A DNA stretch of 64,000 bases from contig CAKPHY010000006.1 of the NCBI GenBank assembly GCA_934162285.1, forward strand, positions 288-64,287, written 5' to 3'. The position numbers and the translations under genes are program-made. The DNA is from an uncultured Bacilli bacterium. Lineage in GTDB: Bacteria; Bacillota_I; Bacilli_A; RF39; UBA660. Positions 26,809 through 35,996 of the stretch are shown one piece after another. The notes under the pieces are model-generated. The model made no database searches. It was given only the letters and a program-made list of their open reading frames with translations, and was not told where the DNA came from. Every line of letters starts with the position of its first letter. The stretch's first letter is position 1.

Positions 26809-27492
26809 CTATTTTATTGCACGACATAATGCAAATTTTGAAACTGCTTGGCGAAATGATGGAATTGTAGTTAAAATAATGGCTAAACTTTCAGGCAAGT
26901 AGTCATTAAACTTTACTTCTAATATAACTTGATTGGGATCAAGAACACTAAATGTTTCCAAATTTTCTGAAAATAAATCATAATTGTATCTTCCACTTCG
27001 AACTGAAGAATCAAAAGTAATCCGAACATCCGAAATGGGATAAGTTAAAGCCAAACGTTTATATTCAACGATCACCGATGGTCGCAAACACTTTATTCGC
27101 ATATCTTTAATAAATTCATTATATAACTTATCATTCGTCATGGCAATTTCATTTATATCACCATTAATAATTTTATAAAATGTTTCTTTAGATATTTTTG
27201 TTTGATCTTTACTTGTCATATTTTCATGCTTTAATTTCCGCTCTAATCTAATAAAAGAATCATCATAATCATAAACTCTAATTCGATATTTAGTACGATA
27301 TAAAACCCCATCTAATTTTTCAAAATAAGCTGTTGATGCTAAATCATCAAAATATAAACTACTTATGGTATATCCATTCTTACCACCACTAGCAAGAGAA
27401 TCAATATCCATTATAGTCAGCAAGCGGTTTTTTAAAATTGTAGCCATTTTTGGTGTAATAATATACTTTAATTCATAACGATATTTTCTCAT
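26809..27492 (-). CDS. VTC (polyphosphate polymerase-like) domain protein
   Basis: 227 aa. The N-terminal RYELKY motif plus YRTKYRIRVY and LERK are typical of bacterial VTC/CYTH-like domains. Confidence 0.7.
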   Translation of the reverse strand: MRKYRYELKYIITPKMATILKNRLLTIMDIDSLASGGKNGYTISSLYFDDLASTAYFEKLDGVLYRTKYRIRVYDYDDSFIRLERKLKHENMTSKDQTKISKETFYKIINGDINEIAMTNDKLYNEFIKDMRIKCLRPSVIVEYKRLALTYPISDVRITFDSSVRSGRYNYDLFSENLETFSVLDPNQVILEVKFNDYLPESLAIILTTIPSFRQAVSKFALCRAIK

Positions 27493-30371
27493 AGATCACC
27501 AAAATATCTTTCTATTTCATCTTTCGACATGTGAAAATAACTTATTGCTTGATTTTTCATAATAACATCACGCTTTTTAGCATAGTTTTTAAGTGCATTT
27601 ATTTCACTTTCCCAAGTAGACATTGTTAAATTCCACCTTTTTTGGTTGCGTTCCATCTCAGGATAATATAATTTATATAATTCATCAATTCTTGCTAAAA
27701 CTCTTTTAGAATTCCAAACATTTTTTAATTGATAGCCTATTCTTTCTAAGTAAAGAGCTCTAAATTCTTTATTCTTGAGTAAACTTCTTAAGATCGTTGT
27801 CGAATAACCATGTTCAGTCATACCTTCTGGATCAGTTGAAAATGCAAAATAATTATGCCCAACATTATACATGGCATAATCCATATCAAACATGATTGCA
27901 TGCCAGCGATTATTATCAAAATAAGCATTCTGATAATATCTAGTATTAACAATATCATTATTAGTTGCCCAAGTTTCAGCAATCCAAAAATCAGCAATAT
28001 CTTGAACATTAACAATTGTTTTAATATAATCGTAGTTTTCTTTCAATGCCATATTATGCGTCTCAAGATAATTTAATAATTCATCATAACTTTTGATACT
28101 ACCACTTCTAACTTCACGATCAATTTTTATAATATTAGTAGTATCTTTAGAAACATTTTGACGATTAGAAATAAATGAATCATCTATTCTTTCACGTAAA
28201 TTATAAACACCATAATAATTACCATTAATATATAAAACTACTGGTTTATATGCTTGAACTAAAACCGAAGTTTGACCATCTAAAAGACCAGTCATCAATA
28301 CATCCCTTATTAAAGCATGTTCATAGTCTTGAGAGCCTGATCTTAAAACTAAAGAATCATAAGAAGAATAATCACGATTTGAAAAAACTTGATAATTAAG
28401 TTTTCCTGCTCCATACTCTTTTTTAAACTTTAAGGCATAACTTTTTTTATTTAAATATCTCGCTGATCCTCCAAATAATTTAATACCACATGGTATCTCA
28501 AATGAAGAACCATTTTGTTCGTAAAGAGAAGCGAAAGCGGCTTTTTCAAAAGACAAAGCACTTGGATTAGCTTGTAAAGCTTTAAAGTCACTAGGATCCA
28601 TACTTAACATAAATACATCCATTTGATGATCTTCATTAATGACATAATTATATGTTTGAACTTCACTACTAAATTTTTTATCTTCTAAAGCCATTACCTT
28701 TAAAACGGTTGTTTTTGATAAAGAAAGAGGACTTTTATATACTTTAGAACTAGTTGTTGGATTGGATCCATCTAAAGTATAATAAATAGTCCCGTGAGCA
28801 TTTAAAGTAACTTTAAAATCTTGAACATTATTATAGATCCCTGATGCCATCGAAGAAGATGGTGCATATGAAATTTCAAATTTACCATTTGTATTTTTTT
28901 GATAAGGAGTTGGTGTCTTAAAATAATAAATTCCATTTTCAAGACGACCAATACTATAATTTAAAGGAATGTTAGCAACAAACATACTATCAACTATTTG
29001 GTTATCTTTTACTAAGTAAATAGATTCATTATCACCTATTTTGAAATTAGCATGCTTATATTTTTCAGTAGATAAATTAATATCTCCAGAAGCCATTATT
29101 ACATAATATTCACCAGATTTTAAACTGACATCCGGTAAAGCAAATTTAGTTAAATCATCAGTATTAGTTGTTAAATAATATTCTTTCAAATTAATTGTTT
29201 CTTTTGAATTATTATATAATTCAATCCAATCATAATGGCTATTACCATTATGTGGTAAATAAATTCCATTATAATTCATTACTTCATTTATTACTAAAGT
29301 TTCATTACGTTTTAAATATTCATTAGAAAATGTTTTAATACCACTTTCATTATTGGCATATCCAGGACTTAAAACATTATTATTTTCATAAGTATCATCA
29401 ACTTTAATTAAAGCTATACCATTTGGTAAATTTTTGTATTCAACTTTATTAACTATTTTATTATTTTTGGATAAAGTTACAACTCCATTAGTAGCATCCA
29501 GCTTAAATGAAGCATGAATTTCACCATTGATAGTATCATTTTTACCACTTGTATAAATAGCAATACTTTCACCACTCTTAAGTTTTACATCAGGTAATTT
29601 ATAAAGAAATGGTTGATTTAATGATGGACCTAAAGTATAAGTACTTAAATCAATTGTAGCAGCACTTTTATTAGTTATTTCAATATATCCAGAATAAATA
29701 CCAGCTTTAGTTAAAAAATTTCCTTTATTTCGTGGTAAGATTTCTGTTATTTCTAGATCACTATTTTCTTCATACAAGGAATCTTGATATTCTTTTAGTC
29801 CTTCTAAAGTATTGGCATATCCTGGTGTTGCATTTTTACTTCGATACCAAGTACCATCGTTGTTACGAAACATTACCTCATTTTTTTCTAAAGCAACAGT
29901 ATTGACACCATCAACAATTTTTCCAGCAGGATTTATTAAAACAACATCTTCACCACCGGAGCTTTTTAACTTGAAATTAGTATATAAACCTTCAGATTTT
30001 ATGCCTGCTAAATAGACTATCAAATAACTATGAGCTTCAACTCGAACTTCCGGGAAAACCCATTTTACTGTTTTTTTAGTATCAGATAAAGCATAGTTTT
30101 TTAAATTAACTTCATGATCTTTGCCATTATATATTTCTACCCAATCGTAATTATGACCAGTTGGATCCATAAAGGCTCCTTTATTTGAAGACATTATTTC
30201 ACTTATTATTATTTTGTCAGTTACTATTTCTCCGTTTTCATCTAATTCTGCTTCTTTTAATGATGATTGAGGTTGATTTAAAAATTCTGAAATGATAAAA
30301 AATATTATTATAATTACTATTGAACTGATTAAAAAAAGCATATTTTTTTTGAGTTCTTCTTTATTTATCAT
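27489..30371 (-). CDS. CotH kinase family protein with three lamin-tail (LTD) domains and a chitobiase/Fn3-like module
   Basis: 960 aa. N-terminal TM helix. Three copies of the pattern I.EIM..N...(D/H)..YDW(V/I)E(I/L)YN. GTIYYTLDGSNPTTSSKVY module. The C-terminal approximately 450 aa are CotH-like. Confidence 0.75.
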   Translation of the reverse strand: MINKEELKKNMLFLISSIVIIIIFFIISEFLNQPQSSLKEAELDENGEIVTDKIIISEIMSSNKGAFMDPTGHNYDWVEIYNGKDHEVNLKNYALSDTKKTVKWVFPEVRVEAHSYLIVYLAGIKSEGLYTNFKLKSSGGEDVVLINPAGKIVDGVNTVALEKNEVMFRNNDGTWYRSKNATPGYANTLEGLKEYQDSLYEENSDLEITEILPRNKGNFLTKAGIYSGYIEITNKSAATIDLSTYTLGPSLNQPFLYKLPDVKLKSGESIAIYTSGKNDTINGEIHASFKLDATNGVVTLSKNNKIVNKVEYKNLPNGIALIKVDDTYENNNVLSPGYANNESGIKTFSNEYLKRNETLVINEVMNYNGIYLPHNGNSHYDWIELYNNSKETINLKEYYLTTNTDDLTKFALPDVSLKSGEYYVIMASGDINLSTEKYKHANFKIGDNESIYLVKDNQIVDSMFVANIPLNYSIGRLENGIYYFKTPTPYQKNTNGKFEISYAPSSSMASGIYNNVQDFKVTLNAHGTIYYTLDGSNPTTSSKVYKSPLSLSKTTVLKVMALEDKKFSSEVQTYNYVINEDHQMDVFMLSMDPSDFKALQANPSALSFEKAAFASLYEQNGSSFEIPCGIKLFGGSARYLNKKSYALKFKKEYGAGKLNYQVFSNRDYSSYDSLVLRSGSQDYEHALIRDVLMTGLLDGQTSVLVQAYKPVVLYINGNYYGVYNLRERIDDSFISNRQNVSKDTTNIIKIDREVRSGSIKSYDELLNYLETHNMALKENYDYIKTIVNVQDIADFWIAETWATNNDIVNTRYYQNAYFDNNRWHAIMFDMDYAMYNVGHNYFAFSTDPEGMTEHGYSTTILRSLLKNKEFRALYLERIGYQLKNVWNSKRVLARIDELYKLYYPEMERNQKRWNLTMSTWESEINALKNYAKKRDVIMKNQAISYFHMSKDEIERYFGDL

Positions 30372-30419
30372 AATGTCACTTCCATTTTAATTCTATTCTA
30401 AAATTTTCTTAATTTTACA

Positions 30420-32324
30420 TTATATTTCGTAATTGTCTTCTAAAGAAAATTCCACGTTTTCTTCAATCCACTCTTTACGTGGTTCAACCTTATCCCCCAT
30501 TAAAACACTTACTCTTTTTTCAGCCAAAGCAGCATCATTAATTGTCACCTTTATGAGATTACGACGTTCAGGATCCATTGTTGTTTCCCATAGTTGCTCA
30601 CTATTCATTTCACCTAAACCTTTATATCTCGACACTAATGCTTTATTTTTATATTCACTAGTAATACTATTTTTTTCTTCATCACTCCACGCATAACGAA
30701 CATTTTTACCATTCGTTATTTTATATAATGGAGGCATCGCAATATAAAGTTTGCCAGCTTCGATTAATGGTTTCATATATCGATAAAAGAAAGTCAAAAG
30801 TAAAATTTGAATATGTGCACCATCATCATCAGCATCGGTCATAATTATAACTTTATCATAATTAGATTCAGTTATATCAAAATTACTACCACAGCCAGCA
30901 CCTACAGTATAAATAATAGTATTAATTTCTTCATTTTTTAAGATTTCTTCCATACGTGTTTTTTCAGCATTAATTACTTTACCTCTTAAAGGTAAAATAG
31001 CTTGGAATTTACGATCGCGACCTTGCTTAGCTGAACCACCGGCTGAATCTCCTTCGACTAAAAATAATTCATTTTTATTAGGATTTTTAAACTGAGCAGG
31101 AGTTAATTTACCACTTATAAGGCGTTCTTTTTTGCCTTTATCAGTGCCTTTTCTAGCTTCATCACGTGCTTTTTTAGCCGCTTCACGAACTACTTTACTT
31201 TTTAACATTTTATTTAAAATGTTAGTAGCTATTTCCTTATTTTCTTCTAAGAAAAAGGCTAGTTTTTCCGTTACAATACTATCAACAACATTTCTAGCTT
31301 CAGGTGTTCCTAATTTTGATTTAGTTTGACCCTCAAACTGTAATAAAGCTTCTGGAATTTGTAAACTTAAAATAGCTGTTAAACCTTCACGTGTATCGTT
31401 TCCTTCAAAATTTTTATCTTTGTCTTTTAATAACTTATTAGAACGTGCATAATCATTAAATACTCGTGTTAAAGCTGTTTTTAAACCAACTTCATGACTA
31501 CCACCATCGCCTGTTTTAACATTGTTTACAAAAGAAATGATGTTTTCTGAATAAGTTTCAGTGTATTGAAAAGCCAAGTCTACTTTGATGTTGTCTTTAA
31601 TTCCTTCAAAATTAACTACAGGATGGATAACGTCTTTATCATCATCTAAATATTCAACAAAACTTTTTAAACCATTTTCATAATGATATATTTCTTGCTT
31701 TTTTTCAATTTCACTATAAACTTCTACAGTTAAATCACTTAAAAGAAAAGCATCTTCTTGCATCCTTTCACATATAGTACTAAAAGAAAATTGAATATTA
31801 CCAAATATTTCTGAATCAGGTAAAAAGCGAACCTTAGTACCAGTCTTACTAGTCTTATCAAGTTTCTTTAAAGGAATGCTTACTTTACCGCCATTTTCAA
31901 AGCGAATATAGTATTCATATCCATCTCTTTTTATATTTACTTCCATCCATTTAGATAAAGCGTTTACTACCGAAGCTCCTACTCCGTGCAAGCCGCCTGA
32001 TACTTTGTAACCACTCGTTTCAAACTTGCCACCCGCATGTAAAACAGTATAGATTACTTCTGGAGTTGACATACCACTTGAATGCATACCTACCGGTACT
32101 CCACGGCCTTCATCTTCAATAGAAATACTTTGATCAGCATGCAAAATTATTTTTATTTTATGTCCAAAGCCATTAATTACTTCATCAATTGAGTTATCAA
32201 CGATTTCCCACACTAGATGATGTAATCCACGCTTGTCAGTAGAACCAATATACATTCCTGGTCTTTTTCTAACAGCATCTAAGCCTTCTAATATTTTAAT
32301 TGAACTTTCGTCGTATTTTACCAT
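30420..32324 (-). CDS. Type IIA DNA topoisomerase subunit B (GyrB/ParE family)
   Basis: SIKILEGLDAVRKRPGMYIGS, GGLHGVGASVVNALS, EGDSAGGSAKQGRDR and PLRGKVINAEK. Start moved to ATG 32324. No A subunit is adjacent, so I do not decide between gyrB and parE. Confidence 0.9.
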   Translation of the reverse strand: MVKYDESSIKILEGLDAVRKRPGMYIGSTDKRGLHHLVWEIVDNSIDEVINGFGHKIKIILHADQSISIEDEGRGVPVGMHSSGMSTPEVIYTVLHAGGKFETSGYKVSGGLHGVGASVVNALSKWMEVNIKRDGYEYYIRFENGGKVSIPLKKLDKTSKTGTKVRFLPDSEIFGNIQFSFSTICERMQEDAFLLSDLTVEVYSEIEKKQEIYHYENGLKSFVEYLDDDKDVIHPVVNFEGIKDNIKVDLAFQYTETYSENIISFVNNVKTGDGGSHEVGLKTALTRVFNDYARSNKLLKDKDKNFEGNDTREGLTAILSLQIPEALLQFEGQTKSKLGTPEARNVVDSIVTEKLAFFLEENKEIATNILNKMLKSKVVREAAKKARDEARKGTDKGKKERLISGKLTPAQFKNPNKNELFLVEGDSAGGSAKQGRDRKFQAILPLRGKVINAEKTRMEEILKNEEINTIIYTVGAGCGSNFDITESNYDKVIIMTDADDDGAHIQILLLTFFYRYMKPLIEAGKLYIAMPPLYKITNGKNVRYAWSDEEKNSITSEYKNKALVSRYKGLGEMNSEQLWETTMDPERRNLIKVTINDAALAEKRVSVLMGDKVEPRKEWIEENVEFSLEDNYEI

Positions 32325-32384
32325 GTGTATCACCATAAACATTATAGCAAATATTTTACTTTTTTCAAACAAAAAAAGACTTTT

Positions 32385-32561
32385 TTAGTCTTCATAATAA
32401 ATTATCATTGCTGAAAAGCAATATATTTGCTCTTCTGAAAAAACACCAACTGCGGTTTGATATTTAATATCAATAACTTCTCCAGAAGTCTTACCTAAAA
32501 AATCATTTATATCTTTTTCTAAATCTAATTCATGATTTTCATCAAATATTTTAACTTTCAT
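32385..32561 (-). CDS. cse60: Sporulation protein Cse60 (58 aa)
   Basis: Below the ORF-track size cutoff. Own translation: MKVKIFDENHELDLEKDINDFLGKTSGEVIDIKYQTAVGVFSEEQIYCFSAMIIYYED. This follows the Cse60 pattern (KxFD...H...LE..vN.FL.....vIDIKYQ....EEQIYCFSAM). A terminator, AAGACT-aaaaa-AGTCTT plus T run, overlaps the stop codon. Confidence 0.7.
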   Translation of the reverse strand: MKVKIFDENHELDLEKDINDFLGKTSGEVIDIKYQTAVGVFSEEQIYCFSAMIIYYED

Positions 32562-32615
32562 ATTATCACCATTTATATTATAGAAATATTAAAATATTTT
32601 TTTTGTCAAAATATG

Positions 32616-33290
32616 TTAAATATCACGCCCAGTATAACTATTACCTAAAGCTGGAAAATCAAGTAAATCACGAGGATTTATTAAATTACTACGCCAAGTA
32701 GTATAATTACTTTTACTTATTGCTAAATGAAGATGTTGACCGGTTGAACATTTATCATTTTTTTCAATACTAGGACTACCACCCATATAAGCAATTACAG
32801 TATCTGTATTAACTAAATCACCAGTTTTTACAAAAATTTTTCTTAAATGCATATAAATACTTGTATATTCTTGACCTTTAATAGTGTGAGAAATAAATAC
32901 TACTTGACCACCACAACTCCAACTATTTTGACCACTTACAACTTTTACTACTTTACCTTCACCAATAGCATAAATTGGTACTTTAGAACCACTTGTTGCA
33001 ATGTCTAAACCATAATGAAATCCACAATTTTTTTTACCATTTAAGTAATAGCAACGATAATGATAATTGCTTGTTATTTTAGCTGCTTCAACTGGTCTTT
33101 TTAAAATTAACTCTGCTGGCTCTACAACAATATTATCAGTAGTTTCTTTATAACTATAAGTTGAACTATTAGTTGCCTTTGGTGCTTCAGATGTAAAAAT
33201 ACTTATAAAGCAAATAACAACAATAAAAGTACAGAAAAATATATATGTTTTATTTCTTATTAATTCCTCTTTACTAAACATATAAATCAC
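32616..33290 (-). CDS. M23 family metallopeptidase (LytM domain), membrane anchored
   Basis: HYGLDIAT and STGQHLHLAI are the H-x-x-x-D and H-x-H zinc motifs. N-terminal TM helix. Confidence 0.85.
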   Translation of the reverse strand: MIYMFSKEELIRNKTYIFFCTFIVVICFISIFTSEAPKATNSSTYSYKETTDNIVVEPAELILKRPVEAAKITSNYHYRCYYLNGKKNCGFHYGLDIATSGSKVPIYAIGEGKVVKVVSGQNSWSCGGQVVFISHTIKGQEYTSIYMHLRKIFVKTGDLVNTDTVIAYMGGSPSIEKNDKCSTGQHLHLAISKSNYTTWRSNLINPRDLLDFPALGNSYTGRDI

Positions 33291-33349
33291 CTGAGGAACT
33301 ATTTTAACATTTTTTTTAAATGTGTCAAATTAAAAAAGCCTAAAAGGCT

Positions 33350-34549
33350 TTAAAATTTAGTTACACGATCATACCAAGTTGTATGTAATTTAGGAAAATT
33401 TACTACTGTAATAGGATTAACAAGATTAGCTTTAGCTTTTGCCCAAGTCGTAAACATTCCTTCAGAAATACCAAAATGAAGATGTTGACCGGTTGAACAT
33501 GAATCCCATGTTTCAATACTAGGGCTACCACCCATATAAGCTATTACTGTATTTTTATCAACATGATCTCCTTTTTTAACAAAAACTTTTCTTAAATGCA
33601 TATAAACACTTGTATAATACTTACCATTAACGTTGTGACTGATAAAAATAACTTGACCACCACAACTCCAAGCATATGGTTGAACAACCGTTCCAACAAC
33701 TACACCAACACCAGCTGCATAAACAGGAACTTCCATACCAACTTTATTTAAATCTATTCCAGCGTGAACGTCGCATCTATACTTACCATTTAACCAATAA
33801 CAACGTGGACCATAAGCTGTTCCAAAATATCCGGTTTCTAAAGGACGATATAAAACAGTAGTTGGTGGAAGTAAATTTTTACCACAATTATTAATATCGT
33901 CATCAAGTTCACAACCTAGATCAACATAAAATTTATATGTTTCTCTTTGAAGTTTTAAGGCTTCTTCTAAACTAGGTTCAGCTTCAGCAGTTTGTTTCAA
34001 AACATCACTTAATTCACTATATTGTTTTTCTAATTCTGCTCTCTTTTTCACTAGTTCTGCTTTTTTAGTCTCCATGTCTTTTTTATCTTGTTCACTTTTC
34101 AAAAGCATACTATTATATTCATCAACCAATTTACTATTATAGCTAGACAATTGTTCAGCTACTGCCGTTCGATATATTAAATCGGCAAAATCTTCGGCTC
34201 CAAAAATATATTCTAAATAAGCATTACTTCCTTCAGTTTTTTGTACAAAATTGATTAAACGTTTTATTTCTTCTTCTTTTAAAGAAATATTATTATTAAG
34301 TTCTTCAATTTCATCTTCCAATACTTTTATTTTACGAACTAATTCATCAGCAGACACTTCATTATTATAAACACGATTTTGAATATCTTTCATTTCAGCT
34401 TCGGTCATATTTTGTTTATTTTGATTTTCTTGAATAGCTTTTTCAGCAGCTTCAAGTTCATTTTTAATATCTCTTAATGTTTTACCCGTAATCTTTAATG
34501 GCATAAATAAAGAAACTAATATTAAAAGAAAAATAATTTTATCTTTCAT
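33350..34549 (-). CDS. M23 family metallopeptidase with an N-terminal coiled coil (EnvC-like architecture)
   Basis: Start set at ATG 34549 (RBS AGGTGA). The long coiled coil is followed by VHAGIDL and STGQHLHFGI. Paralogue of the 32616 gene. Confidence 0.85.
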   Translation of the reverse strand: MKDKIIFLLILVSLFMPLKITGKTLRDIKNELEAAEKAIQENQNKQNMTEAEMKDIQNRVYNNEVSADELVRKIKVLEDEIEELNNNISLKEEEIKRLINFVQKTEGSNAYLEYIFGAEDFADLIYRTAVAEQLSSYNSKLVDEYNSMLLKSEQDKKDMETKKAELVKKRAELEKQYSELSDVLKQTAEAEPSLEEALKLQRETYKFYVDLGCELDDDINNCGKNLLPPTTVLYRPLETGYFGTAYGPRCYWLNGKYRCDVHAGIDLNKVGMEVPVYAAGVGVVVGTVVQPYAWSCGGQVIFISHNVNGKYYTSVYMHLRKVFVKKGDHVDKNTVIAYMGGSPSIETWDSCSTGQHLHFGISEGMFTTWAKAKANLVNPITVVNFPKLHTTWYDRVTKF

Positions 34550-34596
34550 TTTTTCACCTACTCTAAAGATATTATAACATAGTTTTTTCAAAAAAA

Positions 34597-35229
34597 CTAA
34601 TCTTTTAAGAGTTTACGAATTTCTTTATATCTCGGTGAATATTTACTAACTTCAGTCCAAAAAGCTTTTGAATGATCAAAATGAACAAAGTGAGATAATT
34701 CATGAATAATTACATAATCAAGAGCTTCTAAAGGGTATCTTATTAATAAAGAATTTAAAGTAACTCTTTTTAGCTTTCGATTACATACTCCCCATCTTGT
34801 TGACATTTTTCTTATCGTTAAAGACGGAAAAGGAATTTTTTCTTGGAAAAGATTATAATTATATTCTAAACGCGATAAAAAAATTTTTTCAGTTTCTTTT
34901 TTTATTAATTTATCAACTTGCTTTAAATCTTTAGCATATACTTTATGATTTTTATAATCTATTTCATTAAGACTATTACTAATAATAATTGAAAATTCAT
35001 TATCTAAAATATAAATTTTAGTTGCTTTTTCCTTATTTTTTTCTTCTTTAGCTATAACTTTTTTTAAAAATTCAGTATTTTCCGAAAGAATTTTTTTTAT
35101 TTGATTATTAGTAACAAAATATGAAGTAGTGACTACTATTTCACCATTTTTAAAACGGACATATGTATTTTTATTACTTTTTCTTATCACTTTTATATAA
35201 TATTTTTTATTCTCATATTCAAAATTCAT
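34597..35229 (-). CDS. YgjP-like (DUF45 / M48 superfamily) metallopeptidase
   Basis: 210 aa. RWGVCN... and the HELSHFVHFDHSKAFW zinc motif are typical of DUF45. Confidence 0.8.
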   Translation of the reverse strand: MNFEYENKKYYIKVIRKSNKNTYVRFKNGEIVVTTSYFVTNNQIKKILSENTEFLKKVIAKEEKNKEKATKIYILDNEFSIIISNSLNEIDYKNHKVYAKDLKQVDKLIKKETEKIFLSRLEYNYNLFQEKIPFPSLTIRKMSTRWGVCNRKLKRVTLNSLLIRYPLEALDYVIIHELSHFVHFDHSKAFWTEVSKYSPRYKEIRKLLKD

Positions 35230-35252
35230 GTTACCACCATTAACAATTATAA

Positions 35253-35277
35253 CAAAAAAAACAAGAAAAATCTTGTT
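35253..35277 (-). terminator. Intrinsic terminator after the XRE gene
   Basis: Minus strand AACAAGA-tttt-TCTTGTT followed by seven T. Confidence 0.6.
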
Positions 35278-35288
35278 CCTACCTTATT

Positions 35289-35639
35289 CTACCCTACTTT
35301 TTTGCTTATTAATAATGCTGTTCTTTTAGGATCATCATTAATTAAACGATAAACATCGTTATATTTTCTGATTTCCTTAATAAAAGCAATTTCTTCATTC
35401 GACATTTTCACACTACAGTCTTTACTATCGCTAACTACTGTTTTATCTTGACCAACCAAATAATCTAAAGATACATCAAGATTTTCTGCAATAACTAAAA
35501 GCTTATCAATTGATGCTTTTCTGGTGCCTCTTTCGTAGTTACAAATTGTCGCATCAGTGACATTCATTAAATTTGCAAGTTCTAGTTGAGACAATCCTTT
35601 TGCAAGTCGTGCTTTTTTAATTCTTTCACCCGAAATCAT
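35289..35639 (-). CDS. XRE-family HTH transcriptional regulator
   Basis: Start ATG 35639 (RBS AGGAGG). ERIKKARLAKGLSQLELANLMNVTDATICNYERGTRKASIDKLLVIAENLDVSLDYL. Confidence 0.8.
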   Translation of the reverse strand: MISGERIKKARLAKGLSQLELANLMNVTDATICNYERGTRKASIDKLLVIAENLDVSLDYLVGQDKTVVSDSKDCSVKMSNEEIAFIKEIRKYNDVYRLINDDPKRTALLISKKVG

Positions 35640-35789
35640 ACATTCCTCCTTATACAATTATTTGCTAGTACAATCTTTATTAAAGATTATAGCAATTATA
35701 TTTCAAAAAAAGCACATTATTGACGAAATGTTAGTGAATTACATTCCTGTTTTTCATTCTATTTTATCTTTTTTATAGACATTTAAAGA

Positions 35790-35816
35790 CAAAAAAAAGC
35801 AGGTTTTATTCTGCTT
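35790..35816 (-). terminator. Intrinsic terminator after ssb exon 2
   Basis: Minus strand AGCAG-aataaaac-CTGCT followed by eight T. The stop codon lies in the loop. Confidence 0.6.
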
Positions 35817-35996
35817 CTTTAGCTCTGTTATTTGATAAAAATGTAACTTTTTCAGCTACTAGTTCCATTACATGTTGATTATGATCTTCAAGTTCTATTG
35901 TTCGTGTTTGAAGTCTTCCTTTTATTCCGACTAGATCACCTTTTCGAACGTATTCTACTGTATTTTCAGCTACTCCTTTCCACAAAACGCAAGAGA
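35806..35996 (-). CDS. ssb: Single-stranded DNA-binding protein, exon 2 (codons 49-111 after splicing)
   Basis: (I)SCVLWKGVAENTVEYVRKGDLVGIKGRLQTRTIELEDHNQHVMELVAEKVTFLS is the second half of an SSB OB fold. There is no acidic DDDxPF tail. The first 11 codons of the track ORF 35806-36030 are intron sequence. Confidence 0.8.

Noticed and set aside
30420-32324. Orphan topoisomerase B subunit without an adjacent A subunit as an anomaly
   Set aside because: B and A subunit genes are frequently unlinked. Nothing in the sequence suggests a non-standard enzyme. I only refrain from choosing between gyrB and parE.
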